This document shows positions 43,330 through 52,282 of a DNA stretch of 52,361 bases, piece by piece. This DNA comes from an uncultured bacterium (GTDB lineage Bacteria; Fidelibacterota; Marinisomatia; Marinisomatales; CAZVFT01). Below the pieces are notes generated by a model. It was not told the origin of the DNA. It ran no database searches and worked only from the letters and a program-made list of their open reading frames with translations. How positions within the stretch are numbered: the stretch's first letter is position 1; each line of letters begins with the position of its first letter. A program made the translations under genes and the position numbers. The stretch spans positions 1 through 52,361 of the forward strand of contig CAZVFT010000004.1 in assembly GCA_964626495.1 (NCBI GenBank). Reading direction: 5' to 3'.

Positions 43330-44344
43330 GCCAGGTTCCCCGTCTTTTTCTTCGATTTGTTACAAATAAGTCAGTTACAAATAAAATTAACGATGCTGAA
43401 AGAAATATTTGGTATCTGTCCTCAAACTGGGAATATTGATGTGTTTTCAATGTCCGTTTTTCCATAGCGTTAATAACATTCAGCAAATCTACTACCGCAT
43501 TGGCTCGGTTGTCAAACCGTGTAAAAACCCCATTTCCAGCCAGGGCAAGGTCTTTTAACATTCCTTCATTTAGGATGGTGGTGATGAGTTTTCCCCGTCG
43601 GTCTTTCTTGTAATCGATTCTGTTACCGTTATCATCAAAGACAGGAATGAGTCCCCCAACAGGTGTCCCGACACCCACAGTATGTATGATTACGCCTGCG
43701 CTGGCTACTTCGTGGGCAAATTCCAGAGCCAGACCTTCGTGATCCTCTCCATCTGTAATCACAACGAGAACTTTGTATTTTTCACTTTCTAGGGGGAACG
43801 ATTTCATTCCTAATTCCAATGCGTCTCGTAAAGCTGTTCCCTGTGTCTGAATTAATTTGCTATCAATAGCCCCGAGAAAGAGTCTTGCAGCATCGTAATC
43901 CCTCGTCAATGGAAGATATAAATGGCTAGTTCCGGCAAACACAATAATTCCAATACGGTCTCCTTTGAGGTTGGATATCAATCTGGAAATTTCAAACTTT
44001 GCTTTTTCAAGACGGTTTGGTTTCACGTCTTCTGCCTGCATACTGGCTGAAATATCCAGAGCTACCAAAACATCTACCCCTTTCCGCTTCACTTCTGTCA
44101 ATTTCATTCCAATCTGAGGACCGGTTGCTGCAAATATCAGGAGAATTAATCCCCAGTATGTCATTCGATTTTTCCAGCGAATCGCTGATTGATTTATCTG
44201 TGAAAAGAGTCGATCCCTGACCTTCTCACTTCCCCAATGACTAAGTTCCTCGGAGTTCCGCTTCCTCCATACCCACTGTAAAATACCAAAGAGAGCAAGT
44301 AATCCATAAAAGGCGAAAATATAAGGATATCGAAAATTAACCAT
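43313..44344 (-). CDS. batB: BatB-like VWA-domain membrane protein
   Basis: MIDAS 'LDISASMQAEDVKPNRLEKAK' and 'VVITDGEDHEG'. N- and C-terminal TM segments. Confidence 0.8.
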   Translation of the reverse strand: MVNFRYPYIFAFYGLLALFGILQWVWRKRNSEELSHWGSEKVRDRLFSQINQSAIRWKNRMTYWGLILLIFAATGPQIGMKLTEVKRKGVDVLVALDISASMQAEDVKPNRLEKAKFEISRLISNLKGDRIGIIVFAGTSHLYLPLTRDYDAARLFLGAIDSKLIQTQGTALRDALELGMKSFPLESEKYKVLVVITDGEDHEGLALEFAHEVASAGVIIHTVGVGTPVGGLIPVFDDNGNRIDYKKDRRGKLITTILNEGMLKDLALAGNGVFTRFDNRANAVVDLLNVINAMEKRTLKTHQYSQFEDRYQIFLSASLILFVTDLFVTNRRKRRGTWHGRFV

Positions 44345-45336
44345 TACATTTTCCTTCGAAAAATTCCTTCGGAAATAATTCTTTCGCTAAATGCCAGAAA
44401 AAGAGCAGGAATAAGACACCAGGCAAAAAGTTCACGATATTCAAGATATTCTTTAACCTGAATTTCTGATCTTTCCAGTTGATCAATCTGTTCATAAACC
44501 TCCACTAAACTCTCCTCATCAGTAGCACGGAAATACTTCCCATTGGTACGCTCTGCCACCTGCCGCAGGGTCTCTTCATCAATATCTACCTCCACCTGAA
44601 CATGTCGCTTTCCTAAAATAGGATCATCCACCGGATAGAGTGCTTTACCTTTTGTTCCAATACCAATTGTATAAATTTTGATCCCACATTCCTGAGCAAA
44701 CCCAGAAGATGTCAATGGATTTAACTCGCCGGCATTGTTGCTTCCATCTGAGAGGAGAATGATAACTTTACTTTCAGCGTCACTATCACGAAGACGATTT
44801 ACGCCATGGGCGATAGCCATCCCAATCGCCGTACCATCATGCTCCTTATCGATGATAGTAACTTGTTTCAATAGATTTTGAAGAACCTCATAATCGATGG
44901 TGAGTGGACATTGAATATAACTTTCACCTGCGAAGATTAAAAGTCCCAGACGATCACCTTCTCGGTCATTGATAAAATCTTCTGCTGTTTTTTTTGCAAC
45001 CTCTAGCCGATTGGGTTTGAAATCTTCAGCCAGCATACTGCTGCTGATGTCAAGTATCAGCATAATATCAACAACATTGACAGAAGTTTCCGATAAATCA
45101 ATGACCGCCCTTGGTCGAGCCATTGCCATCACAAGCAGACTGATAATAATCATCCTTAGAGTAAATAGAACCTTTATCTTCCACCCACCGGAAAGATTCT
45201 TGACTCGTTTAAGCAGATCCAACGAGGAGAATTGAATCGTCCCCTCACGATACTGTCCCCAGCGGATATACCACCATACTGCAAATATAACAATTGCTAA
45301 CAGAAATAGAATCCATGGATGTGTAAATTCAAACAC
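44344..45336 (-). CDS. batA: BatA-like VWA-domain membrane protein
   Basis: 'FEFTHPWILFLL', MIDAS 'LDISSSMLAEDFKPNRLEVAK', 'ILLSDGSNNAG'. GTG start at 45336. Confidence 0.8.
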   Translation of the reverse strand: MFEFTHPWILFLLAIVIFAVWWYIRWGQYREGTIQFSSLDLLKRVKNLSGGWKIKVLFTLRMIIISLLVMAMARPRAVIDLSETSVNVVDIMLILDISSSMLAEDFKPNRLEVAKKTAEDFINDREGDRLGLLIFAGESYIQCPLTIDYEVLQNLLKQVTIIDKEHDGTAIGMAIAHGVNRLRDSDAESKVIILLSDGSNNAGELNPLTSSGFAQECGIKIYTIGIGTKGKALYPVDDPILGKRHVQVEVDIDEETLRQVAERTNGKYFRATDEESLVEVYEQIDQLERSEIQVKEYLEYRELFAWCLIPALFLAFSERIISEGIFRRKM

Positions 45337-45552
45337 AGGTTACGTGGAATAATTACGTTCTATATAATGACAAAAAATGAGAATTGTTTCTTCACTAAAA
45401 AGTTACCTATCACTTGAATATTGATAGTCGAAACTCAAGGCAAGTTTCCCCAAAACAAACGGGATTTCAAAAACTATATAATCTGAAAAATGATAGTGAC
45501 GGAGCACAATTCCACCCGCTTGTCGCGAAAGTTCAGACATCAAGCGGAAAGT

Positions 45553-45792
45553 TTATTTCTCAGTAGGTTTGTCTTTTTCTTTGGGTTTATCGTTAGAATC
45601 TACCGCATCCTCTAACTCTTTTTCTACCCCTTCGACAGCACCTTTAAACTCTTTAATTCCCTTACCCAGACCTCGTGCAAGTTCTGGTAGTTTTTTTGCA
45701 CCAAAAAGAAGCAGGATAACCAAGAGGATTAAAATAACCTCCCACGCACCGATAGTCCCAAATAGTACCGGGATGTTTAATAGATGTAACAT
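45553..45792 (-). CDS. tatA: Twin-arginine translocase subunit TatA/E
   Basis: 'GAWEVILILLVILLLFGAKKLPELARGLGKGIKEFK'. ATG 45792 has GGAGGA 7 nt upstream. The longest ORF starts at 45807. Confidence 0.85.
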   Translation of the reverse strand: MLHLLNIPVLFGTIGAWEVILILLVILLLFGAKKLPELARGLGKGIKEFKGAVEGVEKELEDAVDSNDKPKEKDKPTEK

Positions 45793-45811
45793 AATCGATT
45801 CCTCCATATTA

Positions 45812-46102
45812 TTATCGAAAATATCTCAAAAAGTAGTAGGACGCAGCAAGACCGAAAAGTCCTACAAAATTTAATTTAATCCTTAATCCCAGAACAAAAG
45901 CAATTATGCCTAAATCCAGAGAGATGGCATCATTTTCGCTACCAAACAACCCCCCCAACGAAAATTCCACACCCTGTAGAAAAAAATTTTTTACAACACC
46001 GTCAGGTAAAATATAACCCAAGAGTTCTCCAAGTAATGTTCCCAACATCGCACCAACAAACAAAATTAAAATTATTACTTTTATTGACCGATTGCTATCC
46101 AA
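45812..46102 (-). CDS. Small membrane protein, DUF4321-like
   Basis: 96 aa, 'ILFVGAMLGTLLGELLGYILP...LDLGIIAFVLGLRIKLN'. TTG start with GGAG 6 nt upstream. The family call is from memory. Confidence 0.45.
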   Translation of the reverse strand: MDSNRSIKVIILILFVGAMLGTLLGELLGYILPDGVVKNFFLQGVEFSLGGLFGSENDAISLDLGIIAFVLGLRIKLNFVGLFGLAASYYFLRYFR

Positions 46103-46104
46103 CC

Positions 46105-46872
46105 TTACTCCATTTCTCCTTTCTTGTTTATGTTAGTAACCGGTTTAACCTTCAGTTCCATTTCATAAATATTGTGGTGAATAATCCAATTTATCAATCC
46201 CCATAACACATACAAAATTGACATAGGGAAAAAAGCCATTGAACCAAAAATCAAAACAAATATAAATCCCAGTCCAACATAAAACAAAAACAACTTGTTA
46301 TCTAATACTTTTTTTATATTTGGTACTTTTCCGTATCTAACAGGACTAATCATCAAATAGGATAACAGAAATACCAATGGAAGGGCAATCCTTGGATCTC
46401 CAACGGTACCATTTAACTTGAGATTAAACAAGACGAAAGAGGCCATAATTACAGCCATTGCTGTGGTTGTTAGTCCAAGATAAAATGGAAGGGGATGTTT
46501 AGATGTAATGACATTAAATCGAGCCAAACGGATACCGCCAAAAAATAAGGGAATAAAACTGATAGCTGCTGCAAGGAGAGGACTTAATCCATCAACGTAG
46601 GCAAAATAGACAAGAATCGCAGGAACAACACAAAAAGAAACAAGATCAGCAATAGAATCAAATTCAATGCCGAATTTGGTTGGAGTATTGAATAATCTTG
46701 CAAGATTCCCATCCATCAAATCAAAAAAAGCAGCAGCAAGAATAAGCCATGCTCCCTTTCCAAACTCTCCCTGGGTAATCATCACAATTGCAAGAAATCC
46801 AAAAAACATATTTAACACGGTAAATATATTTGGAATAACAGTAACGCCAATTTTCACTTGAGGTCTTCTCAT
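46105..46872 (-). CDS. pssA: CDP-diacylglycerol--serine O-phosphatidyltransferase
   Basis: CDP-alcohol motif 'DLMDGNLARLFNTPTKFGIEFDSIADLV' (DxxDGxxARx8Gx3Dx3D). Confidence 0.85.
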   Translation of the reverse strand: MRRPQVKIGVTVIPNIFTVLNMFFGFLAIVMITQGEFGKGAWLILAAAFFDLMDGNLARLFNTPTKFGIEFDSIADLVSFCVVPAILVYFAYVDGLSPLLAAAISFIPLFFGGIRLARFNVITSKHPLPFYLGLTTTAMAVIMASFVLFNLKLNGTVGDPRIALPLVFLLSYLMISPVRYGKVPNIKKVLDNKLFLFYVGLGFIFVLIFGSMAFFPMSILYVLWGLINWIIHHNIYEMELKVKPVTNINKKGEME

Positions 46873-47513
46873 ACGAACTCTCCTAAAATAGTCTCACCAC
46901 CTTTTACTTTTTGCCCAACTTTCACAGTTAGATTCACAGTATCAGGAAGAAAAATATCAATTCTTGAACCAAAACGGATAAATCCCAATCGATCTCCACG
47001 TGTAACCCTGTCCCCTACTCGAAGATTACACAAAATCCGCCTTGCAATAAAACCAGCAATCTGGTTGACTTTGACAAAGGTCTCACCAGATTTTATATGT
47101 ATTTCCGTTCGTTCGTTCAAGTGTGATGCTTTTTGTTTGAAAGCGGTAAAAAATTTACCCGGGGTATAATTCACTGATGTTACTTCTCCAGAAACGGGAA
47201 CCCGATTTACATGTACGTCAAAAATTGACAGAAAGATTGATAATTTCGTTGATGACATAGAATCAGACTGAGAGGATTCTATATTTTCTATACATATTAT
47301 CTTCCCATCAGCGGGTGAGAGAACAATATGATCCTCCAGTGGGAGTTTCCTTTGAGGATCTCGAAAAAAATAAAAACAGAAGATTATAAACAGTCCACCA
47401 AACATAGCAATAAACATAAGAAAAGTATATCCCGTAAAAATCCAACCGATATAAAAAACTATTGTGATTACAGCTGATGGGAATATTATTATTTTTCCTT
47501 CGGGAGCTATCAT
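46869..47513 (-). CDS. psd: Phosphatidylserine decarboxylase (short form)
   Basis: 'GDRLGFIRFGSRIDIFLP' with the GS self-cleavage site. 4-nt overlap with pssA. Confidence 0.85.
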   Translation of the reverse strand: MIAPEGKIIIFPSAVITIVFYIGWIFTGYTFLMFIAMFGGLFIIFCFYFFRDPQRKLPLEDHIVLSPADGKIICIENIESSQSDSMSSTKLSIFLSIFDVHVNRVPVSGEVTSVNYTPGKFFTAFKQKASHLNERTEIHIKSGETFVKVNQIAGFIARRILCNLRVGDRVTRGDRLGFIRFGSRIDIFLPDTVNLTVKVGQKVKGGETILGEFV

Positions 47514-47515
47514 CT

Positions 47516-48628
47516 CTATTCAGGTTTAGTTAATACTAATTTTGTTGTCAGCATTTTGTCATCTCGAAAAAAAAGTATGTTGACTTTATCCCCTGCTCTG
47601 AGAAGATTTTCTTCAATAACCCGTAATACTTCATTTCTAGAATTTACAGGTTGATTGTTAACCTCGTAGATTACATCCCCAACCTGCAGTTTAGCTTTTT
47701 CCGCTGAACTCCCGGGTTTCACTTCGGTCACGATGACACCACCCAATTTTGGTAAACCAAGATATCGTGTAAGAGACTTGTTAACTCGTTGCACCGATAG
47801 ACCTGTCGTAAAACTCCGATCAATTCGACCAAATTTTTTCAGCTCCTCAGCACTTTCTCTTGCCCGATTGATAGGAATAGCAAAACTGATTCCAATGGAA
47901 CCCTCATTCCCCACCCCTGTGAATATGAATGTATTAATTCCAATCACTTCACCATTGGCATTACAGAGAGGACCACCACTATTCCCCCGGTTCACTGAAG
48001 CATCCGTCTGAATCATATCCTGATACACACGTCCCGAATACTCCCTCCCAAAGTCAAGATCAACAGCACTTACAATTCCAACCGTTGCCGTCGGTTGTTT
48101 ATTCACGTCAAACAAACCAAAGGGATTCCCTAATGCAACGACCCATTCACCAATAATGAGATCGTCCGAGTTTCCAAGTTTAGTGTAAGGAAGATCGCGC
48201 CCCTCAATTTTGAGTAAAGCAAGGTCTAAGGTTTTATCTGCTCCCACAATAATGGCATCGTAATCCTTTCCTCCAGGAAGAGTCACAATAATTTCAACTG
48301 CTCCCTCGACTACATGTTGGTTTGTCACAATATATCCATCTGAGCTGATAACCACGCCGGATCCAACAGATTGTACTCGCTGTTGAAACGGTTCTTCTGG
48401 AAAGAAAAACTGAAAAAACGGATCATCAAAAAATGGTGAATGATGATACTTTTTTACCTGGATCACATTGATACTCGCTACTGCTGGACCAACTTTTTCT
48501 ATAGCTCGAGTAATGGCAGTTTCTCTTGACTTCCGGATGTTTGATGCATACACCTGCTCAAAACACACATGAAATATGATCACAATCGATAAAACGATTA
48601 ACAGGACTGTTTTGTTAATCTTAATCAT
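47516..48628 (-). CDS. htrA: S1C (HtrA/DegS-like) serine protease with one PDZ domain
   Basis: Catalytic triad contexts 'VTNQHVV', 'DLALLKI', 'GNSGGPL'. PDZ 'GGVIVTEVKPGSSAEKAKLQVGDVIYEVN'. Confidence 0.85.
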   Translation of the reverse strand: MIKINKTVLLIVLSIVIIFHVCFEQVYASNIRKSRETAITRAIEKVGPAVASINVIQVKKYHHSPFFDDPFFQFFFPEEPFQQRVQSVGSGVVISSDGYIVTNQHVVEGAVEIIVTLPGGKDYDAIIVGADKTLDLALLKIEGRDLPYTKLGNSDDLIIGEWVVALGNPFGLFDVNKQPTATVGIVSAVDLDFGREYSGRVYQDMIQTDASVNRGNSGGPLCNANGEVIGINTFIFTGVGNEGSIGISFAIPINRARESAEELKKFGRIDRSFTTGLSVQRVNKSLTRYLGLPKLGGVIVTEVKPGSSAEKAKLQVGDVIYEVNNQPVNSRNEVLRVIEENLLRAGDKVNILFFRDDKMLTTKLVLTKPE

Positions 48629-49355
48629 AAATCACTTCTTCCAAGAAAAGTCCATTGGAAGGCGCCTTAAATACTTTTGAATGAAAATCCTTTGAATTTA
48701 ATATTTTTCCAAAGCCGTCCACTTCTATTTTTCCCTTTCCTACTTCTATCATTGTTCCCACGAGATATCTGATTAAATGATGTAAAAAACGATTTGCTTC
48801 AACCTTATAAATTAAGAAATCTTTATGTTTTATCCACTCAGATTGATAGAAAGTACACCGACGATTTTCTAAATCCGGTGAATATTTACAGAAAGAGGTA
48901 AAATCATTTTCCCCCTTAATAAGATTTGCACTGGTTTGCATTTTTTCAAGGTCCAAATTCTCAGGAACCCGCCAGACATAATTCCGATCAATGATATACT
49001 GATCAGTTCGGCAGTAGTAGTGATATCGCCGTCGCTGGGCACTGTACCGTGCATGAAAGTCATCAGGGACGATTTCGCAACTTTTTATCCTTACATCCTC
49101 ACCGATATTTCCGTTTATTGCTAGACGAAAATTTTCACAAACCCATGTCTTTTCAATAGAAAAATTCGCAACCTGCCCTCGAGCATGTACACCAGTATCA
49201 GTCCTGCCTGCCCCGTGAATTCGAATTAGCTCACCGTTGTTGAGCTTTTTCAGAGCATCTTCAATTTCACCTTGAACCGTTCTTTGGTTCAGCTGATACT
49301 GCCAGCCAAAAAATTTTGTGCCGTCATATTCGATAACAATTTTGTAATTAGGCAA
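48621..49355 (-). CDS. truA: tRNA pseudouridine(38-40) synthase
   Basis: 'YKIVIEYDGTKFFGWQ' and 'HGAGRTDTGVHARGQVANF'. Confidence 0.9.
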   Translation of the reverse strand: MPNYKIVIEYDGTKFFGWQYQLNQRTVQGEIEDALKKLNNGELIRIHGAGRTDTGVHARGQVANFSIEKTWVCENFRLAINGNIGEDVRIKSCEIVPDDFHARYSAQRRRYHYYCRTDQYIIDRNYVWRVPENLDLEKMQTSANLIKGENDFTSFCKYSPDLENRRCTFYQSEWIKHKDFLIYKVEANRFLHHLIRYLVGTMIEVGKGKIEVDGFGKILNSKDFHSKVFKAPSNGLFLEEVIYD

Positions 49356-50100
49356 GTGATTTGAATCCTATAATACAAAGTAAAGCGATTGTAAGAGCCA
49401 TTCCATCCATAACGGTAAATGGTACAGGTGATGCAACCCCCCGTGGTATAATCCTTCCATAATCACGAACCTCCATCGCCCATCCTAACTGTTCAGCCCG
49501 TCGAAAGGATACAGCAATTAATGCTGGAAGTTTTGTTGCATATCTTTTAACATTTCCCCAACGTCCATTATCAGAAGGAAATCCCAAGGCTTTCTCAAAA
49601 TTACCATAGTTTCGAATATCATCCTGACATGTGGGAAAAAATCGAAATGTCAGATAGAGCAGTTGAAACCCATCCTCAATAAATCGCCATTTAATCCCTG
49701 TCTTCGACCATAAGGTTCGTAGAGAATCAATCAGGGATGTTAGATTACATAATCCTAAAAATAATGCCATTGACAAGATCATCAGGAATAACCGAAGAGC
49801 TGATAGTCCTGTTGAGACAACAATTTCGTTGAAGGCTTGATTAGAGAGAATCAATGATATCCCGATGTACACCCCAAACATCAATGGTAAAAACAGGAGG
49901 AATGGCTTGATTCTGAAAATTACCGATTGAAGAATATTTTTTGAGGAAAAAAGGGGCAGAAATATAACCATAAGAAAAAGGTGTTGAATCATGTGTGATG
50001 CTTTAAATACCAAAGCTATGTATATCAATACAAGAATCAGGATGGTTAGTGGATTTAACCTTTTATTAAAATGCATATGAAAGTCGGAATCCAAATTCAC
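49348..50100 (-). CDS. ecfT: ECF transporter T component (EcfT/CbiQ family)
   Basis: Polytopic, 250 aa, 'FRRAEQLGWAMEVRDYG' near the C-terminus. Adjacent to truA, as in the ecfA-ecfA'-ecfT-truA arrangement. Confidence 0.6.
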   Translation of the reverse strand: MNLDSDFHMHFNKRLNPLTILILVLIYIALVFKASHMIQHLFLMVIFLPLFSSKNILQSVIFRIKPFLLFLPLMFGVYIGISLILSNQAFNEIVVSTGLSALRLFLMILSMALFLGLCNLTSLIDSLRTLWSKTGIKWRFIEDGFQLLYLTFRFFPTCQDDIRNYGNFEKALGFPSDNGRWGNVKRYATKLPALIAVSFRRAEQLGWAMEVRDYGRIIPRGVASPVPFTVMDGMALTIALLCIIGFKSLA

Positions 50101-50719
50101 CTGTTACCAGATTCAGCGTTGGAACAACACTTGCTTTACTTATACCATAAGTTTTCCTGTGAAGATATAAAGCGTGAATAGAAGAAACTATGTGGTTTAA
50201 AACAATCCCTCCGATGGTAAAACGGGTTATTTTTTTAACGGTATCCCTTTTTTTCCGCATTACCCGAAATTTGTCCCGATTTGTTTCCGTATCCCACTCC
50301 CAATCATATCCTTCATCAGGAGGATAAACATTCCTAGGATTCCTAAATCTCTGCTGTTCCTCGTTATAGTCATCAAAACAGTTGTAATTCCCAATATCCA
50401 CAAAATACTGAGCATCTTTTCTGCTAGGGTTTATCCCAGCGTGGTCAGCAGCAAATGTCTTGAAGCGATTCTCAGTAGAGTGCAATATCATCACACTTTG
50501 ATAAAGAATAAGAAAAAGGCTAACCTCGGTTATAGTGAAGAGTTTACCTGTCCCTGATTTTCCAATATTGTACTGCCCCAATCCAGGTAAGATAGCAGAT
50601 TTTAAAATGACCCTTCTAAGAGAAGGCACCTCATTGCTTGACTGATAAATCTGTCCCTGAACAGAGACAACCAGTAAAGATATAACAACCAATCCGATCT
50701 TCAACGATTTCGAAACCAA
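50066..50719 (-). CDS. Hypothetical envelope protein, DUF5683-like 'PGLGQ' motif
   Basis: 'ILKSAILPGLGQYNIGK'. Probable TTG start at 50719, preceded by AGGAGG, giving '(M)VSKSLKIGLVVISLLVVSVQG'. The longest ORF starts at 50755. Confidence 0.4.
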   Translation of the reverse strand: MVSKSLKIGLVVISLLVVSVQGQIYQSSNEVPSLRRVILKSAILPGLGQYNIGKSGTGKLFTITEVSLFLILYQSVMILHSTENRFKTFAADHAGINPSRKDAQYFVDIGNYNCFDDYNEEQQRFRNPRNVYPPDEGYDWEWDTETNRDKFRVMRKKRDTVKKITRFTIGGIVLNHIVSSIHALYLHRKTYGISKASVVPTLNLVTGEFGFRLSYAF

Positions 50720-52239
50720 ATAAAACCTCCTAAAATTAAACCAAGAAACAGGCATAATTGTACAAAGACATCTCCATATTTTGCATAAAATGTTACAACT
50801 TGTTTTGGTGAAATGCCAGCAGAGAGTATACCTTCTCTGTTTACTGACAATTTTTCTACTACTCTACCAGCAGCATCATAAATCACAGATATTCCGGTGT
50901 TGGCACATCTCACCAGCGGCATTCGATTCTCAATGGCTCGGAAACGACAAATCATAGCATGTTGAAACGGTTCAGATGTATTTCCATACCACCCATCGTT
51001 GACCACAACAACAAGGAATTGAGCATCCCTCCTGACAAATTCCCTCACCAGCCCAGGGAAAATAGCCTCAAAACAGATACAGGAAGCGAACTGGATAGAA
51101 TCCACATAAAAAATTGTATAGGTATCCCCATTATCATAATTTCCCTGACCCAAATTTATTTCATCCAGGACAGGAAACCAGTCCGATAAAGGTACATACT
51201 CACCAAATGGGACCAGATGTATTTTGTGAAAAATCGATAAATCATCAGCGGATTTTATCAAGAGTACACCATTGAATACTTTTCTCTCATCACCCTCATA
51301 TTGCCAATCAATCGTACCAGTCAACAGGGGTATATTTGTCTCCGTTACCCTTTTCACCACTTTCTTCAATCGCCTTCTGTTTTTACGAAGATAGGCAGGT
51401 ACAGCGCTCTCAGGCCAGATGACTAATTGAGGATTTTCCTTAGCTACTTCGACGAAAAGCGAGTCAAGGTGATGAAAATTCCAATCCCTTTTCGAGGGAT
51501 CCCACTTGTCCTTTGGAAAAACATTTGGTTGTACCAGCGAGACGCGAAAGGTGTTATTATCTCCAGGATTAGATGTCATTGATACCAACCGTACACCACC
51601 AAGAATCCAGGGAATAACAAACAGAACTGCACACAAAATAAATGTTCTTTTAAAAGTTATCCTGGGAAGGTCTACCATGCGATAAATGAGAATGTTCAAA
51701 ACGATCAGCCAGAATGTAATTCCATAAATCCCTGTTACTTCTACAATTTGTATAAGGGGTAGATATTCCACTTGTGTCGTCGCCAGAGATATCCAAGAAA
51801 AACCAAGGGTGCCAAGTGAAACGAAATATTCAACAGAGACCCACAGAAAGGGGAGGATTAAAAAACCCTTTCCCGTTCTGGTATGAACCCATGTAAATGC
51901 AAGTCCAATCAAACCCCAGAACAATGCCAGATAAAATACAGCACTCACCATTGAAAGAAACGCTGCCCATCGATATGTGCCGATATTGAAGGCTAACCAG
52001 TAAACAGCAATGACATTTGCACCCACACCAGCTAAAAATCCATTCCAGAAACCCCGTTTTAGACTTTCCCGGCTCAACACAATTAATAGAGGAACCAGAC
52101 CAAACCAGGCAAAAAATCCCAGCTTTAATGGGGGATATGACAACCCGATAAGAATCCCTGAAAGGAGCGAGAGCTTCCATTGAGATTGTCTTTTTAGCCT
52201 GAATAATTCATCAGGAAAATTAATTTTTATGTATCGCAA
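50701..52239 (-). CDS. lnt: Apolipoprotein N-acyltransferase
   Basis: N-terminal polytopic region. CN-hydrolase 'LVIWPESAVP' and 'FASCICFEAIFP' (catalytic Cys). The annotated start is TTG 52239 with no SD and lies inside a long inverted repeat, so the start is uncertain. Confidence 0.85.
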   Translation of the reverse strand: MRYIKINFPDELFRLKRQSQWKLSLLSGILIGLSYPPLKLGFFAWFGLVPLLIVLSRESLKRGFWNGFLAGVGANVIAVYWLAFNIGTYRWAAFLSMVSAVFYLALFWGLIGLAFTWVHTRTGKGFLILPFLWVSVEYFVSLGTLGFSWISLATTQVEYLPLIQIVEVTGIYGITFWLIVLNILIYRMVDLPRITFKRTFILCAVLFVIPWILGGVRLVSMTSNPGDNNTFRVSLVQPNVFPKDKWDPSKRDWNFHHLDSLFVEVAKENPQLVIWPESAVPAYLRKNRRRLKKVVKRVTETNIPLLTGTIDWQYEGDERKVFNGVLLIKSADDLSIFHKIHLVPFGEYVPLSDWFPVLDEINLGQGNYDNGDTYTIFYVDSIQFASCICFEAIFPGLVREFVRRDAQFLVVVVNDGWYGNTSEPFQHAMICRFRAIENRMPLVRCANTGISVIYDAAGRVVEKLSVNREGILSAGISPKQVVTFYAKYGDVFVQLCLFLGLILGGFIWFRNR

Positions 52240-52282
52240 TTTATATCAATTATATGTGGATATTTTCCTGATGAATTGTTCA
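52200..52282. promoter_or_regulatory. 21-bp inverted repeat enclosing the presumed lnt start
   Basis: 52200-52220 'tgaataattcatcaggaaaat' is the reverse complement of 52262-52282 'attttcctgatgaattgttca' with one mismatch. The loop is AT-rich and 41 nt long. A third copy of 'ttcatcagg' lies at 52295-52303. Confidence 0.7.

Noticed and set aside
52200-52282. MITE or IS terminal inverted repeats
   Set aside because: The arms are only 41 nt apart with no ORF between them. No target-site duplication is visible, and no second copy occurs in the window. A regulatory or RNA-structure role fits better, though a genome-wide copy count could revive this idea.
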